Below are positions 8,938 through 19,842 of a stretch of 20,106 nt of DNA, one piece after another (the stretch's first letter is position 1; each line of letters begins with the position of its first letter). This DNA comes from Octopus sinensis (lineage: Eukaryota), in assembly GCF_006345805.1 (NCBI RefSeq), contig NW_021824015.1:1-20106 (forward strand), given 5' to 3'. The notes under the pieces are model-generated. The model made no database searches, was not told where the DNA came from, and saw only the letters and a program-made list of their open reading frames with translations. A program made the position numbers and the translations under genes.

Positions 8938-9110
8938 TTCTATACTGATGTTGTTTAACCCTGGGTTAGGCCTAATCAATGAGAGAACTATATTCCAGCT
9001 GTGACCACAAGGTCTTCTATATATCAGGGACTATTTTGAGCCATATGTACTTTTTGGGAGAGTTGCAGTTTAAGGGGAATTTGGTTGCTATTTCTAGTGG
9101 GCCTAAAGAC

Positions 9111-9230
9111 TGGAAAGGACATCCAGCTGAGGAAAACATGCTTCAACAATTTCTGTCCAACTCATGCAAGCATGGAAGAGTGGGTGTTAAAATAACAATG
9201 ACGATGATGATGATGATGCTGATGATGATG
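9111..9230 (+). mobile_element. Degenerate RTE-type LINE 3' end
   Basis: ggaaaggacatccagctg...gtccaactcatgcaagcatgg...gttaaa followed by a (GAT)n tail. It matches the reverse complement of the copies at 17718 and 19843. Confidence 0.65.
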
Positions 9231-9276
9231 CGTGGGCCCCCAAAGATCTTATATGGACCCTGGCTGAGAATCACTG
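9231..9276. mobile_element. hAT-type MITE right-end fragment
   Basis: gggcccccaaagatcttatatggaccctggctgagaatcactg matches the end of the fragment at 16620-16755. Confidence 0.55.
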
Positions 9277-9458
9277 CTCTAACCCCTAAATCATGCACCT
9301 TCACATATATATGTTTTGCTTTATTGTTTATGGCTGAATATAGAAATATTTTGTTTATGAGGTTTTTGTGTGGGGTGTTATTTTTTGGTGGTGGATTTTT
9401 AAGGATTTCTATTGGGATTTCTATATCATTAATTCTATATCATTAATTTACATATATA

Positions 9459-9708
9459 CGGGCCGACCAATGCCTTGTGAGTGGATTTGGTAGACGGAAA
9501 CTGAAAGAAGCCCGTCGTATATATGTATATATATATATATGCGTGTGTGTGTGTTTGTCCCCTAGTGTTTATGTCCTTGGCAAAAGAGACCGATAGAATA
9601 AGTACTGGGCTTACAAAAGAATAAGTCCCGGGGTCGAGTTGCTCGATTAAAGGCGGTGCTCCAGCATGGCCGCAGTCAAATGACTGAAACAAGTAAAAGA
9701 GTAAAGAG
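9459..9708 (+). mobile_element. SINE family A, 5'-truncated with two internal deletions
   Basis: Colinear with 19289-19705 from gggccgacc, with two blocks missing after the microsatellite. Confidence 0.9.
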
Positions 9709-10041
9709 TCATTGTCTAACAGTCTCGGTTCATAGGCTTGCTCAGGCAGAGTTGATCTGAGGTTTAAACAACAACAACTACAAAACTAACAGTCAGCATA
9801 GAATTTTGCAAGTCGCCATAGTGACAGAGAGAAGAAATATTTATCTTATACAGCAAACATGCGTGTTATGTAATATCCTGTACAATGCATGCTGTGAGCA
9901 ACATAGTGTTCCAATGTAGATACATATATATTACCATCACATCATACTGTTCTTTTGACCTGTTTTAGTCACCACAGATTCAGGTCAACCCTGGGGCACT
10001 GTATCTATGTCACATCATATGTGTTACTATGTATATAATGT

Positions 10042-10396
10042 GGAGTGGCTGTGTGGTAAATAGCTTGCTTACCAACCACATGGTTCCGGGTTCAGTCCCA
10101 CTGCGTAGCATCTTGGGCAAGTGTCTTCTACTATAGCCTCAGGCCAACCAAAGCCTTGTGAGTGGATTTGGTAGACGGAAACTGAAAGAAGCCCGTCGTA
10201 TATATGTATATGTGTATATATATATATGTGTGTGTGTTTGTGTGTCTGTGTTTGTCCCTGTAACTTAGCGGTTTGGCAAAAGACACCGATAGAACAAGTA
10301 CTAGGTTTACAAAGTATAAGTCCTGGGGTCGATTTGCTCGACTAAAGGCGGTGATCCAGCATGGCCGCAGTCAAATGACTAAAACAAGTAAAAGAG
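10042..10396 (+). mobile_element. SINE family A with one internal deletion
   Basis: A-box and B-box present; tttgtccc joins directly to tgtaacttagc. Confidence 0.92.
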
Positions 10397-10764
10397 AAGA
10401 ATGTGTGTGTGTGTGTGTGTGTGTGTATGTTACTGTGTATGTAACATTATACATCTTACTGTGTATAATGTGATATTTTGATATGACTTTACATATGTAA
10501 TGTCATGTGTAGAAGATATTGTTATTAAGATATTGTACATCATGTGAGCTCATCAATATCATCAGTGTTTAACGTCCGTTTTCCATGCTGGCATGGGTTG
10601 GACAGTTTGACAGGAAGGAACCAGCCAGCTGGAGTAGCTGTCCAGGCTCCAAGTGTCTGTTTGTTTTGGCATGGTTTCTACAGCTGGATGCCCTTCCTAA
10701 CACCAACCACTTTACAGAGTGTGCTGAGTGCTCTGTATGTGCCACTCGTACAGGGGCATTTACT

Positions 10765-11757
10765 TGACACTGATACAAGTGCACTTAACATGGCACTGAC
10801 ACAAGTGCATTTTATATGCACCGGCGCAAGTGAACTTTATATGGCACCCGCACAAGTGCATTCTATGTGACTGGCACGAGTGCAATTTGCACAAGTGCAA
10901 TTTACATAACACTGGGACAAGTGCAATTTACATGGCACCAGCATAAGTGCAGTTTACATGACACCTGCACAAGTGCATTTTATGTGGCACCGGCATGAAT
11001 GCAATTTGCATGGCACCTGCATAAGTGCATTTTACGTGACTAGCATGAGTGCAATTTACATAGCACTTGCATAAGTGCATTTTACATGACTAGCATGAGT
11101 GCAATTTACATGGCACCTGCACAAGTGCATTTTATGTGGCACGGGCATGAGTGCAATTTGCATGGCACCTGCATAAGTGCATTTTACGTGACTAGCATGA
11201 GTGCAATTTACATGGCACCTGCACAAGTGCATTTTATGTGGCACCGGTATGAGTGCAATTTGCATGAGACTTGCACAAGTGCATTTTACATGACAGTTGC
11301 ATGAGTGCAATTTACATACACCTGCACAAGTGCATTTTACATTGCACCAGCATGAGTGCAATTTACATGACATCTGCACAAGTGCATTTTACATTGCACT
11401 GGCATGAGTGCAATGGCATGACATCTGCTCAAATCCATTGTATGTGGTGCCAGCATGAGTGCAATTTACATGGCATCTGCACAAGTGCATTTTACATTGC
11501 ACTGGCATGAGTGCAATGGCATGACATCTGCTCAAATCCATTGTATGTGGTGCCAGCATGAGTGCAATTTACATGGCATCTGCACAAGTGCATTTTACAT
11601 TGCACTGGCATGAGTGCAATGGCATGACATCTGCTCAAATCCATTGTATGTGGTGCCAGCATGAGTGCAATTTACATGGCATCTGCACAAGTGCATTTTA
11701 TATGGCACCCGCATGAGTGCATTTTATATGGCACCTGCACAAGTGCATTTTACATGG
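10765..11757. repeat. ~26-bp minisatellite with higher-order structure
   Basis: Alternating monomers ggcacctgcacaagtgcattttatgt and ggcaccggcatgagtgcaatttgcat. gctcaaatccattg occurs at 11427, 11530 and 11633 (103-bp period). Confidence 0.95.
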
Positions 11758-11851
11758 GACCATCACCTGCAAGGCAAAGACCTTTCAGCTGGGAGAGAGA
11801 GTGGGGACATGGCCATAGAAGACATGCCTGTATGTATGGATGGCTGTGGTT

Positions 11852-11920
11852 TTACTTAGCCTGATTTGTCTTCTGAACTACAGCAAATGGTCACAAGTCC
11901 CTGTCCCATATCGTCATCTC
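11852..11920 (-). pseudogene. Disrupted C-terminal remnant of an RTE LINE ORF
   Basis: Translation EMTIWDRDL*PFAVVQKTNQAK*. The internal TGA falls where W is expected, and the final TAA directly precedes the inferred 3' UTR. Confidence 0.55.
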
Positions 11921-12045
11921 ATGTTATCGTAATATCAGAAATAAAGTCGTAGAAGAACAATATGATGAAGATTCCCAGACACATTTGATGGAACAAAGAA
12001 CAGCTGACTAGCTGTGTCTTATCATAACCAGATATCATTGATACG

Positions 12046-12144
12046 TGATACCAACGTTGAGATAGGCACCAAACAGGAAGAGGAAGAAGATGGGAAGACC
12101 ATTGGCCACAAGACAGAGGACCCTTCAGGAGGGCCTACTAGTGG
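12046..12144 (+). pseudogene. Possible decayed C-terminus of a second RTE-type LINE ORF
   Basis: Translation *YQR*DRHQTGRGRRWEDHWPQDRGPFRRAY*W echoes the GRP..RW.D...W...QDR...AY..W pattern of RTE C-termini. Short, with three stops. Confidence 0.35.
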
Positions 12145-12326
12145 TCAACGGACACTGGGAAACATAGAAGATACAACTGATGGAATCCATCAAGGAGTCC
12201 TGCTGCCCTCTGTAAACATAGAACTGGATAAACTCACTATGTATAACTTTCCGTTATTGCATACATATAACATAATGCTTGTTGTTATGTAATATCTTAT
12301 GTATTACTATGTATTATAGTAGTGTG

Positions 12327-12357
<31 letters not shown>

Positions 12358-12394
12358 CTATATATATATATATTATATATATATATGTATGTAT

Positions 12395-12553
12395 AAAAAA
12401 ATACAAACTGGGACAAGAACGCAAAACATTTAGAAGACGATACAAAAACCACAGACGGGATATTCGAAGCCTTCAATCTTCAGTCAAGAACCAGATCATC
12501 CACGCAGTTTCAGCTGATTACTCTTGAGATTGCTCCAATCTGGCCAGCTCCAA
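12395..12553. mobile_element. Short TA-flanked element of unknown class
   Basis: About 160 bp of complex sequence between TA microsatellites. The minus strand contains CTGAAGA...CGAA...GTC. Confidence 0.35.
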
Positions 12554-12554
12554 T

Positions 12555-13142
12555 ATATATACACACATACACATATATTTACATACACACATATGCACAT
12601 GCATATATATACGTGCACACACACACACACACACATACATATATATAAGTGCGGAGTTTTATATATATATATGTATATATATATAAATAAAAGTATTGTG
12701 TTTTATTTACACACACACGCACACTCACATATGCACTTATGTTATCTAATATCATAAATATATAACTATGTACGTTATCATACATCATGAACATAACATT
12801 GTGTTGTGCAATGTGAGATAAATATGTGTGTGAGTGTGTACGTATATATATATATAGATAGATATCTGTGCATGTGTGTGTATATATATATATGTGTGTG
12901 TGTCTGTGTGAACATATATAGGCACATACATATATGTATATACATATACATCCATATATATACATATATATATATATACACATATATATATGTGTGTGTA
13001 TATATATATGTGTGTATATATATGTATGTATATATATGTGTGTGTATGTGTACTATGTACATATGTGTGAGTATGTGTCTCTGTGTGTATGTATGTATAT
13101 ATGTGTATGTATATATATATATATATGTGTGTGTATATATAT

Positions 13143-13185
<43 letters not shown>

Positions 13186-13190
13186 AGATG
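12555..13190. repeat. Compound TA/CA/TG microsatellite region
   Basis: Runs of tata, caca and tgtg with short spacers. Confidence 0.9.
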
Positions 13191-13676
13191 CACCATCATG
13201 ATGTGTTGTTGTGTGTCAGTTAGACATCATATTAACATATGTTTTCTTGTTATTTATCATTGAATCGAGAGCAGAGAGTGTTTTGCTAAATCTATTACCA
13301 TCAAGCTACGATTCACTACAAATATTAACATGATCTTCTTGATAGTGCTCGAGGCAAATGATACTGTGCGCCTGGTTCGGTTCAGTCTAGCATGGAAAAA
13401 CAGATGTCATTCTCTGACTCTGCGGAACCCCTGACGTTCAGGAAGGGATGGGCATCGTTTCGACATACGCCTGACGCCTGTGAGTTATTGGGAAGAGAAA
13501 TGGGAGTGTGTGACATTCATACTCTTAGCCAAGGTCATTAGCAAATTTAAGCAAACTGAAGTGGTTCCAACTGAGAATCAAAACCGATTTCGCAGTCTAA
13601 AGTTTTGCAAGAACTACCTTGGCCTCGGACTAAATATAAAAGTAAATTATATATAAATAAAAAATAAATGAATAAA

Positions 13677-13975
13677 TAACAATAATAATAATAATGATAA
13701 TAATAATAATAATAATGATAATAATAATAATGATGATAATATTAATAATGATGATGATAATAATAATAATGATAATAATGATGATAATAATGATAATGAT
13801 AATAATGATAATAATAATATTGATAATAAAAATAATAATGATAATAATAATAATAATGATAATAATAATAATGATAATGATAATAATAATAATAATGATA
13901 ATAATAATGATAATGATAATAATAATAATAATGATGATAATAATAATAATAATAATAATAGTAATAATAATAATT
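13677..13975. repeat. (AAT/GAT)n microsatellite, ~300 bp
   Basis: aat triplets interspersed with gat. Confidence 0.95.
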
Positions 13976-14541
13976 TCGTAATTTGATCTGATGAGGTTAT
14001 CTAGTTAAAGTCCTGGAGAATGATTGTAAAACCTCATAAATATTTTCTGTCATACACCTCATGCGCCTCTTCCATGCATCTCACATCTCATCCAGGTTTG
14101 TCAATTGAAATATCAAATTGGAGTGGAACTCTAGATTAAAACAATAATTGCTGTGCCAAGCTATCAAACCAGTCTCGTGTGACCTTTCAGGAGGGAAATA
14201 GATGAGGAGCCATTGTATATGTTGGCACTTACTAAAGAAGATATCAGATGAAATTGGAGACCCGAGCCTCCAAGAAGCGAGATTTACAGAACTAATCTCT
14301 GTAGAACTAAGATACTCTGAGAAAATGGAAGCCAAAATAGAATGGTTTTTTCATAAAAATCCTGAACACTTAACAGCTCTATGACGATCATCAACATTAT
14401 TGTTGTGGGTTGAACAGGTTTACAAATACAGAATTGTTATTCCTACCTGGTTATTGTTATTAAAGTATAACTTTCAAACTTTTAAACCTTTCTGGTTGTC
14501 TTTAAAGTCTTTGGTATTATTACTGAAATTAGTATTATTAC

Positions 14542-15110
14542 GAAATGCGTAGCCGTATTTCGTCTGCCGTTACGTTCTGAGTTCAAATTCCGCTGAGGTC
14601 GACTTTGCCTTTCATCCTTTCAGGGTCGATTAAATAAGTGCCAGTTACGCACTGGGGTCGATATAATCGACTTAATACTTTTGTCTGTCCTTGTTTGTCT
14701 ACTCTGTGTTTATTTAGCCCCTTGTGGGCAACAAAGAAATAGGTATTTCATCTGCTGCTACGTTCTGAGTTCAAATTCCACTGAGGTCGACTTTGCCTTT
14801 CATCCTTTCGGGGTCGATTAAATAAGTACCAGTTACGCACTGGAGTCGATATAATTGACTTAATACTTTTGTCTGTCCTTGTTTGTCTTCTCTGTGTTTA
14901 GCCCCTTGTGGGTAGTAAAGAAATAGGTATTTCATCTGTCTTCACGTTCAGAGTTCAAATGCTGCCGAGGTCGACTTTGCCTTTCATCCTTTCGGGGTCG
15001 ATAAATTAAGTACCAGTTACGCAGTGGGGTCGATATAATCGACTTAATCCATTTGTCTGTCCCTGTTTGTCCTCTCTGTGTTTAGCCCCTTGTGGGTAGT
15101 AAAGAAATAG
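14542..15110 (+). mobile_element. Head-to-tail array of three 5'-truncated family C SINE units
   Basis: gtatt starts at 14555, 14743, 14927 and 15111 (periods 188, 184, 184). gtattattac at 14532-14541 and 15111-15120 flanks the array as a candidate TSD. Confidence 0.88.
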
Positions 15111-15244
15111 GTATTATTACTGATAATGCAGATGTCACAGTTGTGATGTTGTTGTTGTTGTTTTGAGCTGTCTTTCAATTTTTCTTTGACTTAAAATTAT
15201 TTCTGAAATCTAAACCTTGTTCTGTGTCCTATTGGATTGGTAAA

Positions 15245-15309
<65 letters not shown>

Positions 15310-15552
15310 TCCTCTCTCTTTCTCTCTCTCTCTCTTTCTCTCTCAGTCTCTCTCTCTCTTCCTCCCATTCTCTCTCACACACATATATTAATGCACATGC
15401 ATGGACACAAACACACACCTAACTGCACATGTATGCACACACAAGCATGCGTGCACACTTGCACACACATACACATAAACATATGCACAAACACACAAAC
15501 ATAAATACATAAGCACACACTCACACACACACATGCACATACACACACATAC
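15245..15552. repeat. (CT)n followed by an imperfect (CA)n tract
   Basis: CT run to about 15375, then CA-rich low-complexity sequence. Confidence 0.92.
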
Positions 15553-16026
15553 ACAGCATTTCTCACCATCCCCCACAGACACTCCCATACTCTGTGTCTA
15601 TGCGTTCGTCCCCTTTAACGCCAAACTAGAATCGGCTCCCTCTGTACTGTGGGAACGTTCTCCTCCAGCAGAAATCTCTTCTCTCTTCTCAGCTACCTGA
15701 TATAGTAGCAAAGTTAAAGTTGATTCTTATTTCAAGTCACTTACCAAAAATCTTCTACCAAACAATAGAACCAGATACAGCTCTCCTTCTCTCTCCATGC
15801 CCACCCCCTCTGAATACGATGACTATATTAACATATGTTGTTTATTTGTTGTATCCATCCCCATGGCTGTTATGTACATCGATGCGGCTGGCATTATACT
15901 TTACATTATAGATTGCATCAAATTTCAAAAATGATGCTGAGGATATATAAAAAAAATGATATAATGTTCATTGTATTCGTCTTGACATATTTTATTTTTT
16001 TTCTATTTCATTTTTCTCACAGACAC

Positions 16027-16241
16027 TCTCTTTTACTTGTTTCAGTCATTTGACTGCGGCCATGCTGGAGCACCACCTTTAGTCGAGCAACTCGACCCCG
16101 GGACTTATTCTTTTGTAAGCCCAGTACTTATTCTATCGGTCACTTTTGCCGAACCGCTAAGTAACGGGGACATAAACACACCAGCATCGGTTGTCAAGCA
16201 ATGCTAGGGGGACAAACACAGACACACAAACACACACATGC

Positions 16242-16276
<35 letters not shown>

Positions 16277-16417
16277 TACGAGGGGCTTCTTTCAGTTTCC
16301 GTCTACCAAATCCACTCACAAGGCTTTGGTCGGCCTGAGGCTATAGTAGAAGGTACATGTCCAAGATGTCACACAGTGGGACTGAACCCGGAACCATGTT
16401 GTTGGGAAGCAAGCTAC
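16027..16417 (-). mobile_element. SINE family A, missing the extreme 5' end
   Basis: Reverse complement is colinear with 19289-19705 from gtagcttgc to the tail. Confidence 0.92.
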
Positions 16418-16619
16418 ATTTTGAAAAAAATTATAAATTTCTGAAGAACTATATAACAGTCGAATTAGATGTGAAAACTTTGGAAGTTTGGTAACAGCTA
16501 TGTCTTGCTCATTTTTGCTGACTTAGAAAGACAGTTGCCATTACCTATATTCAATGATAGTGCTTCTCGGCCTTTTTTTTTTTTTAAATAATTTTAAATA
16601 ATGTGATTCCTATTTTTAC

Positions 16620-16755
16620 TAGCTATTTCTTGCAATACAAACATCTAATGCAAAAGTCTTTCCGTAGCCCTTAAAATACTATTGTGGATCCCCAATTTAC
16701 TAGTTTGTTGCAAGGGCCCCCAAAATTTTATATGGACCCCAGTTGAGAACCACTG
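16620..16755. mobile_element. hAT-type MITE right half
   Basis: actattgtggatccccaattt is shared with the 8660-8937 copy. Ends in gttgagaaccactg at 16742-16755. Confidence 0.65.
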
Positions 16756-16786
16756 ATCTTGTGGTTTCTCATATGGACTGCAGCGT

Positions 16787-17001
16787 GACACTTATTTTAC
16801 ATTGCTCCAGTTCACTCAATTGGCATAATTGAGTTGTATCTGTATTTCAAAGGGCGAGCCTTGTCACATTCTGTGTCGTGCCAAATCTCTTTGACAACTA
16901 TGTTAAGGGTACACATGTTTGTGGAGTACTCGGCCAGTTGCACGTTAATTTAACAAGCAGGCTGCTCTGTAGATTGGATCAACTGGAACCCTCATTCGTT
17001 G
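16787..17001 (+). mobile_element. SINE family D, 5'-truncated
   Basis: Similar to the reverse complement of 7711-8020. Confidence 0.7.
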
Positions 17002-17717
17002 TGTGTCAGCGCATGTGAATTTGAACATGGTGTAGGTGTGTGCATGTGACTAGACATGAAGTAGATATCTGTATGTCTGGGAGTGATTGAACCTGATCCT
17101 GCCATTTTCTGTCTGTGAAAAGCTTATTATTTCCTCACCACAGCAAGCCAAACAACCACATTGGATTTTTTCAGTTGATAGTGAAAGTAAAAATACAATT
17201 CGTAGGCGGGTATTAAAGCGAAATTAACCGGAAAATCCCTCGAAGACATAGATGAAACTATTCGTCGTGGAAAAAAGAGTTAGGGGTGTTTTTCTAGAAG
17301 TTTGAAAAAGAAATCAGCTGTTTTTGTTTATTTTTGGTAATGAGTATTTAAATGAGTTTGCTAGAGAGTAGTTGATTAGAAGGGAGTACATGTTTTGGTT
17401 GGCAGTAAATATGTTTTTAGTACTGAAGATTCTTTTCATTGGCGAGTGAGTATTAATGTTTTTGAGTGGTGAGTATTTGCAGGTTGTTGGTAGAGTGTAT
17501 ATATCTTTGGTAGTGAATTGCCAAGGTACAGACAAGTCTGTACTCTTGTAAACTCTGGTGGGTGGTGGGCACCATTGTAATGAACAGTATTGTCTTAGGT
17601 GCTGAAATTGTTATGATTTTCAATTGGCAACTGATGCAGGGTAAAGCAGATTTGTGCACATTCACTTGTGCTGTCTTTTCATTTTTCTGTAAAATTCCCC
17701 CTTTGTCTGTCAGCATT

Positions 17718-17982
17718 CATCATCGTCATCATCATCATCATCATCATCATCGTTTAACGTCCGTTCTCCATGCTAGCATGGGTTGGACGATTCGACCGGG
17801 GGATCTGGGAAGCCAGAAGGCTGCACCAAGCTCCAGTCTGATCTGGCACTGTTTCTACAGCTGGATGCCCTTCCTAACGCCAACCACTCCGTGAGTGTAG
17901 TAGGTGATTTTTACGTGCCACCGGCACAGGTGCCAGGCGAGGCTGGCAACAGCCACAAACGGATTGTGGCCGTTATTTTTAC
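17718..17982 (-). mobile_element. RTE-type LINE 3' end (or RTE-dependent non-autonomous element)
   Basis: (GAT)n tail on the minus strand. Close match to the copy at 19843-20106. Confidence 0.75.
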
Positions 17983-18404
17983 AATATCACTTATGTAGTT
18001 ATGCATATATGTTGTTGTTGCTGTTGTTGTTGTTATTACAATTGCTGTTTCCTCCACCAAAAGCCTAAATGTGTTATCTATCGAAATTAAAGGTTGATTC
18101 ACTTTGTAACTAAGATCAACTCTTCAAGTGAAATAGCTCCTGCAGATAAAAACTGAGGAATGAAACTGACTGTTCGTACCTTTAACGTGTCCCTGGTGGT
18201 TTTCTAAAGTGCGACATGAATATTTCCTGAAGATATTAGATTTATATTTAATCACTGAACTTCACAAAACTCTTTACTACAGTCAACTGTTTACAACTTT
18301 AGCAAGCGTGTTTATCTACCTTCAAATCCATGATTTTTTTTTTGTTTGTTTATCTCTGCAGATAATTGAATTTGATAGGTTTTTAAGTTGATGGTTCTCT
18401 CTCT

Positions 18405-18828
18405 CTCTCTCTCCATCTCTCTCTCTATCTATCTCTCCCCCTCTCTCTTTCTATCTATCTGTCAATCTATTTATCTATCATTCTCCATCTTTCTCTTTCT
18501 CCCTCTCTCCATCTCTCTCTCCATCTATCTCTCCCCCTTTCTCTTTCTAGCTATCTGTCAATCTATTTATCTATCATTCTCCATCTTTCTCTTTCTCCCT
18601 CTCTCCATCTCTCTCTCTATCTATCTCTCCCCCTCTCTCTTTCTGTCTATCTGTCAATCTATTTATCATTTTTCATCTTTCTCTTTCTCCCTCTGTCCAT
18701 CTATCTCTCTTTCTCTACATCTATCTCTCTCTCCATCTATCTCTCCCCCTCTCTCTGTCTTTCTATCTATCTGTCAATCTATCCATCTTTCTCTTTCTCC
18801 CACTTTCCATCTCTTTCTCTTTTCTCTT

Positions 18829-18868
<40 letters not shown>

Positions 18869-18970
18869 CCTCTCTCTCTCTTCCTCTCTTTTCTCTCTTC
18901 CCCTCCCCCTCTCTACTATCCTGTCTCTCTCTCTTTTCTCTTACCCTTCTCTCCCCTTCCATCTCTCTCT
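18405..18970. repeat. CT-rich tract with a 96-bp higher-order repeat
   Basis: ctgtcaatct starts at 18459, 18555, 18651 and 18771. Confidence 0.9.
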
Positions 18971-19288
18971 CCCAACTCAAATTTGTTTTTGAAGGACAAA
19001 AGCTTTCAGCACTGCAAGTCTTGAATAATTTCATTTAGAAATTTCAATTTGATAAAACCAAATAATGGGTGTGGTGAAATGAACTGAAAAACAATTTTTT
19101 CAGAAAATAGAAGTTTCATTGTGAATGAAATTTTGATTAAAATTTGAATTTCAAATCAATAAAGGCTTAAAAATACTTTGTTCAGCCCTCTAGCTATATG
19201 ACACGGCCCTGGCATAACAGGACAAACAAGCAGTTAACAAAGAACTACAACTCATTAAAAAAATTAATTTTAAGAATTATTAATAATA

Positions 19289-19705
19289 GGCGCAGGAGTG
19301 GCTGTGTGGTAAGTAGCTTGCTAACCAACCACATGGTTCCGGGTTCAGTCCCACTGCGTGGCATCTTGGGCAAGTGTCTTCTGCTATAGCCCCGGGCCGA
19401 CCAATGCCTTGTGAGTGGATTTGGTAGACGGAAACTGAAAGAAGCCTGTCGTATATATGTATATATATATATATATATAAGTGTGTGCGTATATGTTTGT
19501 GTGTCTGTGTTTGTCCCCCTAGCATTGCTTGACAACCGATGCTGGTGTGTTTACGTCCCCGTCACTTAGCGGTTCGGCAAAAGAGACCGATAGAATAAGT
19601 ACTGGGCTTACAAAGAATAAGTCCCGGGGTCGATTTGCTCGACTAAAGGTGGTGCTCCAGCATGGCCGCAGTCAAATGACTGAAACAAGTAAAAGAGTAA
19701 AGAGT
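19289..19705 (+). mobile_element. SINE family A, full length, youngest copy in the window
   Basis: A-box tggctgtgtgg at 19299-19309, B-box ggttcagtcc at 19342-19351, CORE-like cttgggcaagtg at 19365-19376. taataata flanks both sides as a possible TSD. Most CpGs are intact. Confidence 0.95.
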
Positions 19706-19842
19706 AATAATAATAATAATAATGAGAAAGAGAGATATACTGTTGAAATATCGTTCAACTAATAAAATATCTTACAATCGAATCATCCTCTTTGTCTTTA
19801 CTGTTTACCTTTGTGAAGAGTTACGTCAATCCTCTTTAAAAT

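Larger units (their letters stand above)
10551..11920 (-). mobile_element. 5'-truncated RTE-type LINE: ORF C-terminus plus a 3' UTR with an expanded minisatellite
   Basis: The left end matches the RTE-type tails at 17718 and 19843 (gtttaacgtccgtt, ctggatgcccttcctaac). The right end, 11920-11852, translates EMTIWDRDL*PFAVVQKTNQAK*, resembling the DRxxW motif at the end of RTE ORFs. Confidence 0.7.

Noticed and set aside
10765-11757. CRISPR array or Cys/His-rich metal-binding CDS
   Set aside because: There are no unique spacers and no cas genes, and the context is eukaryotic. The ORFs occur on both strands and are products of the tandem repeat.
13391-13545. CpG-rich block with a ~49-aa ORF (MEKQMSFSDSAEPL...)
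   Set aside because: Short and unrecognised. It partly resembles the RTE-type tail (ctagcatggaaaa), so it is more likely a decayed repeat.
14202-14384. 60-aa plus-strand ORF with protein-like composition
   Set aside because: No credible donor site and no recognised homology. It overlaps a candidate exon on the other strand, which is itself weak.
17330-17525. Faint ~25-bp periodicity (ttggtagtgagtatt-like)
   Set aside because: Too degenerate to define units or boundaries by eye.
19245-19762. Recurrent ORFs such as GRFARLKAVLQHGRSQMTETSK and HSQGFG..EAIVEDTCPRCHAVGLNPEPCGW at many loci
   Set aside because: They are readings of SINE family A copies. Their recurrence reflects the repeat, not a gene family.
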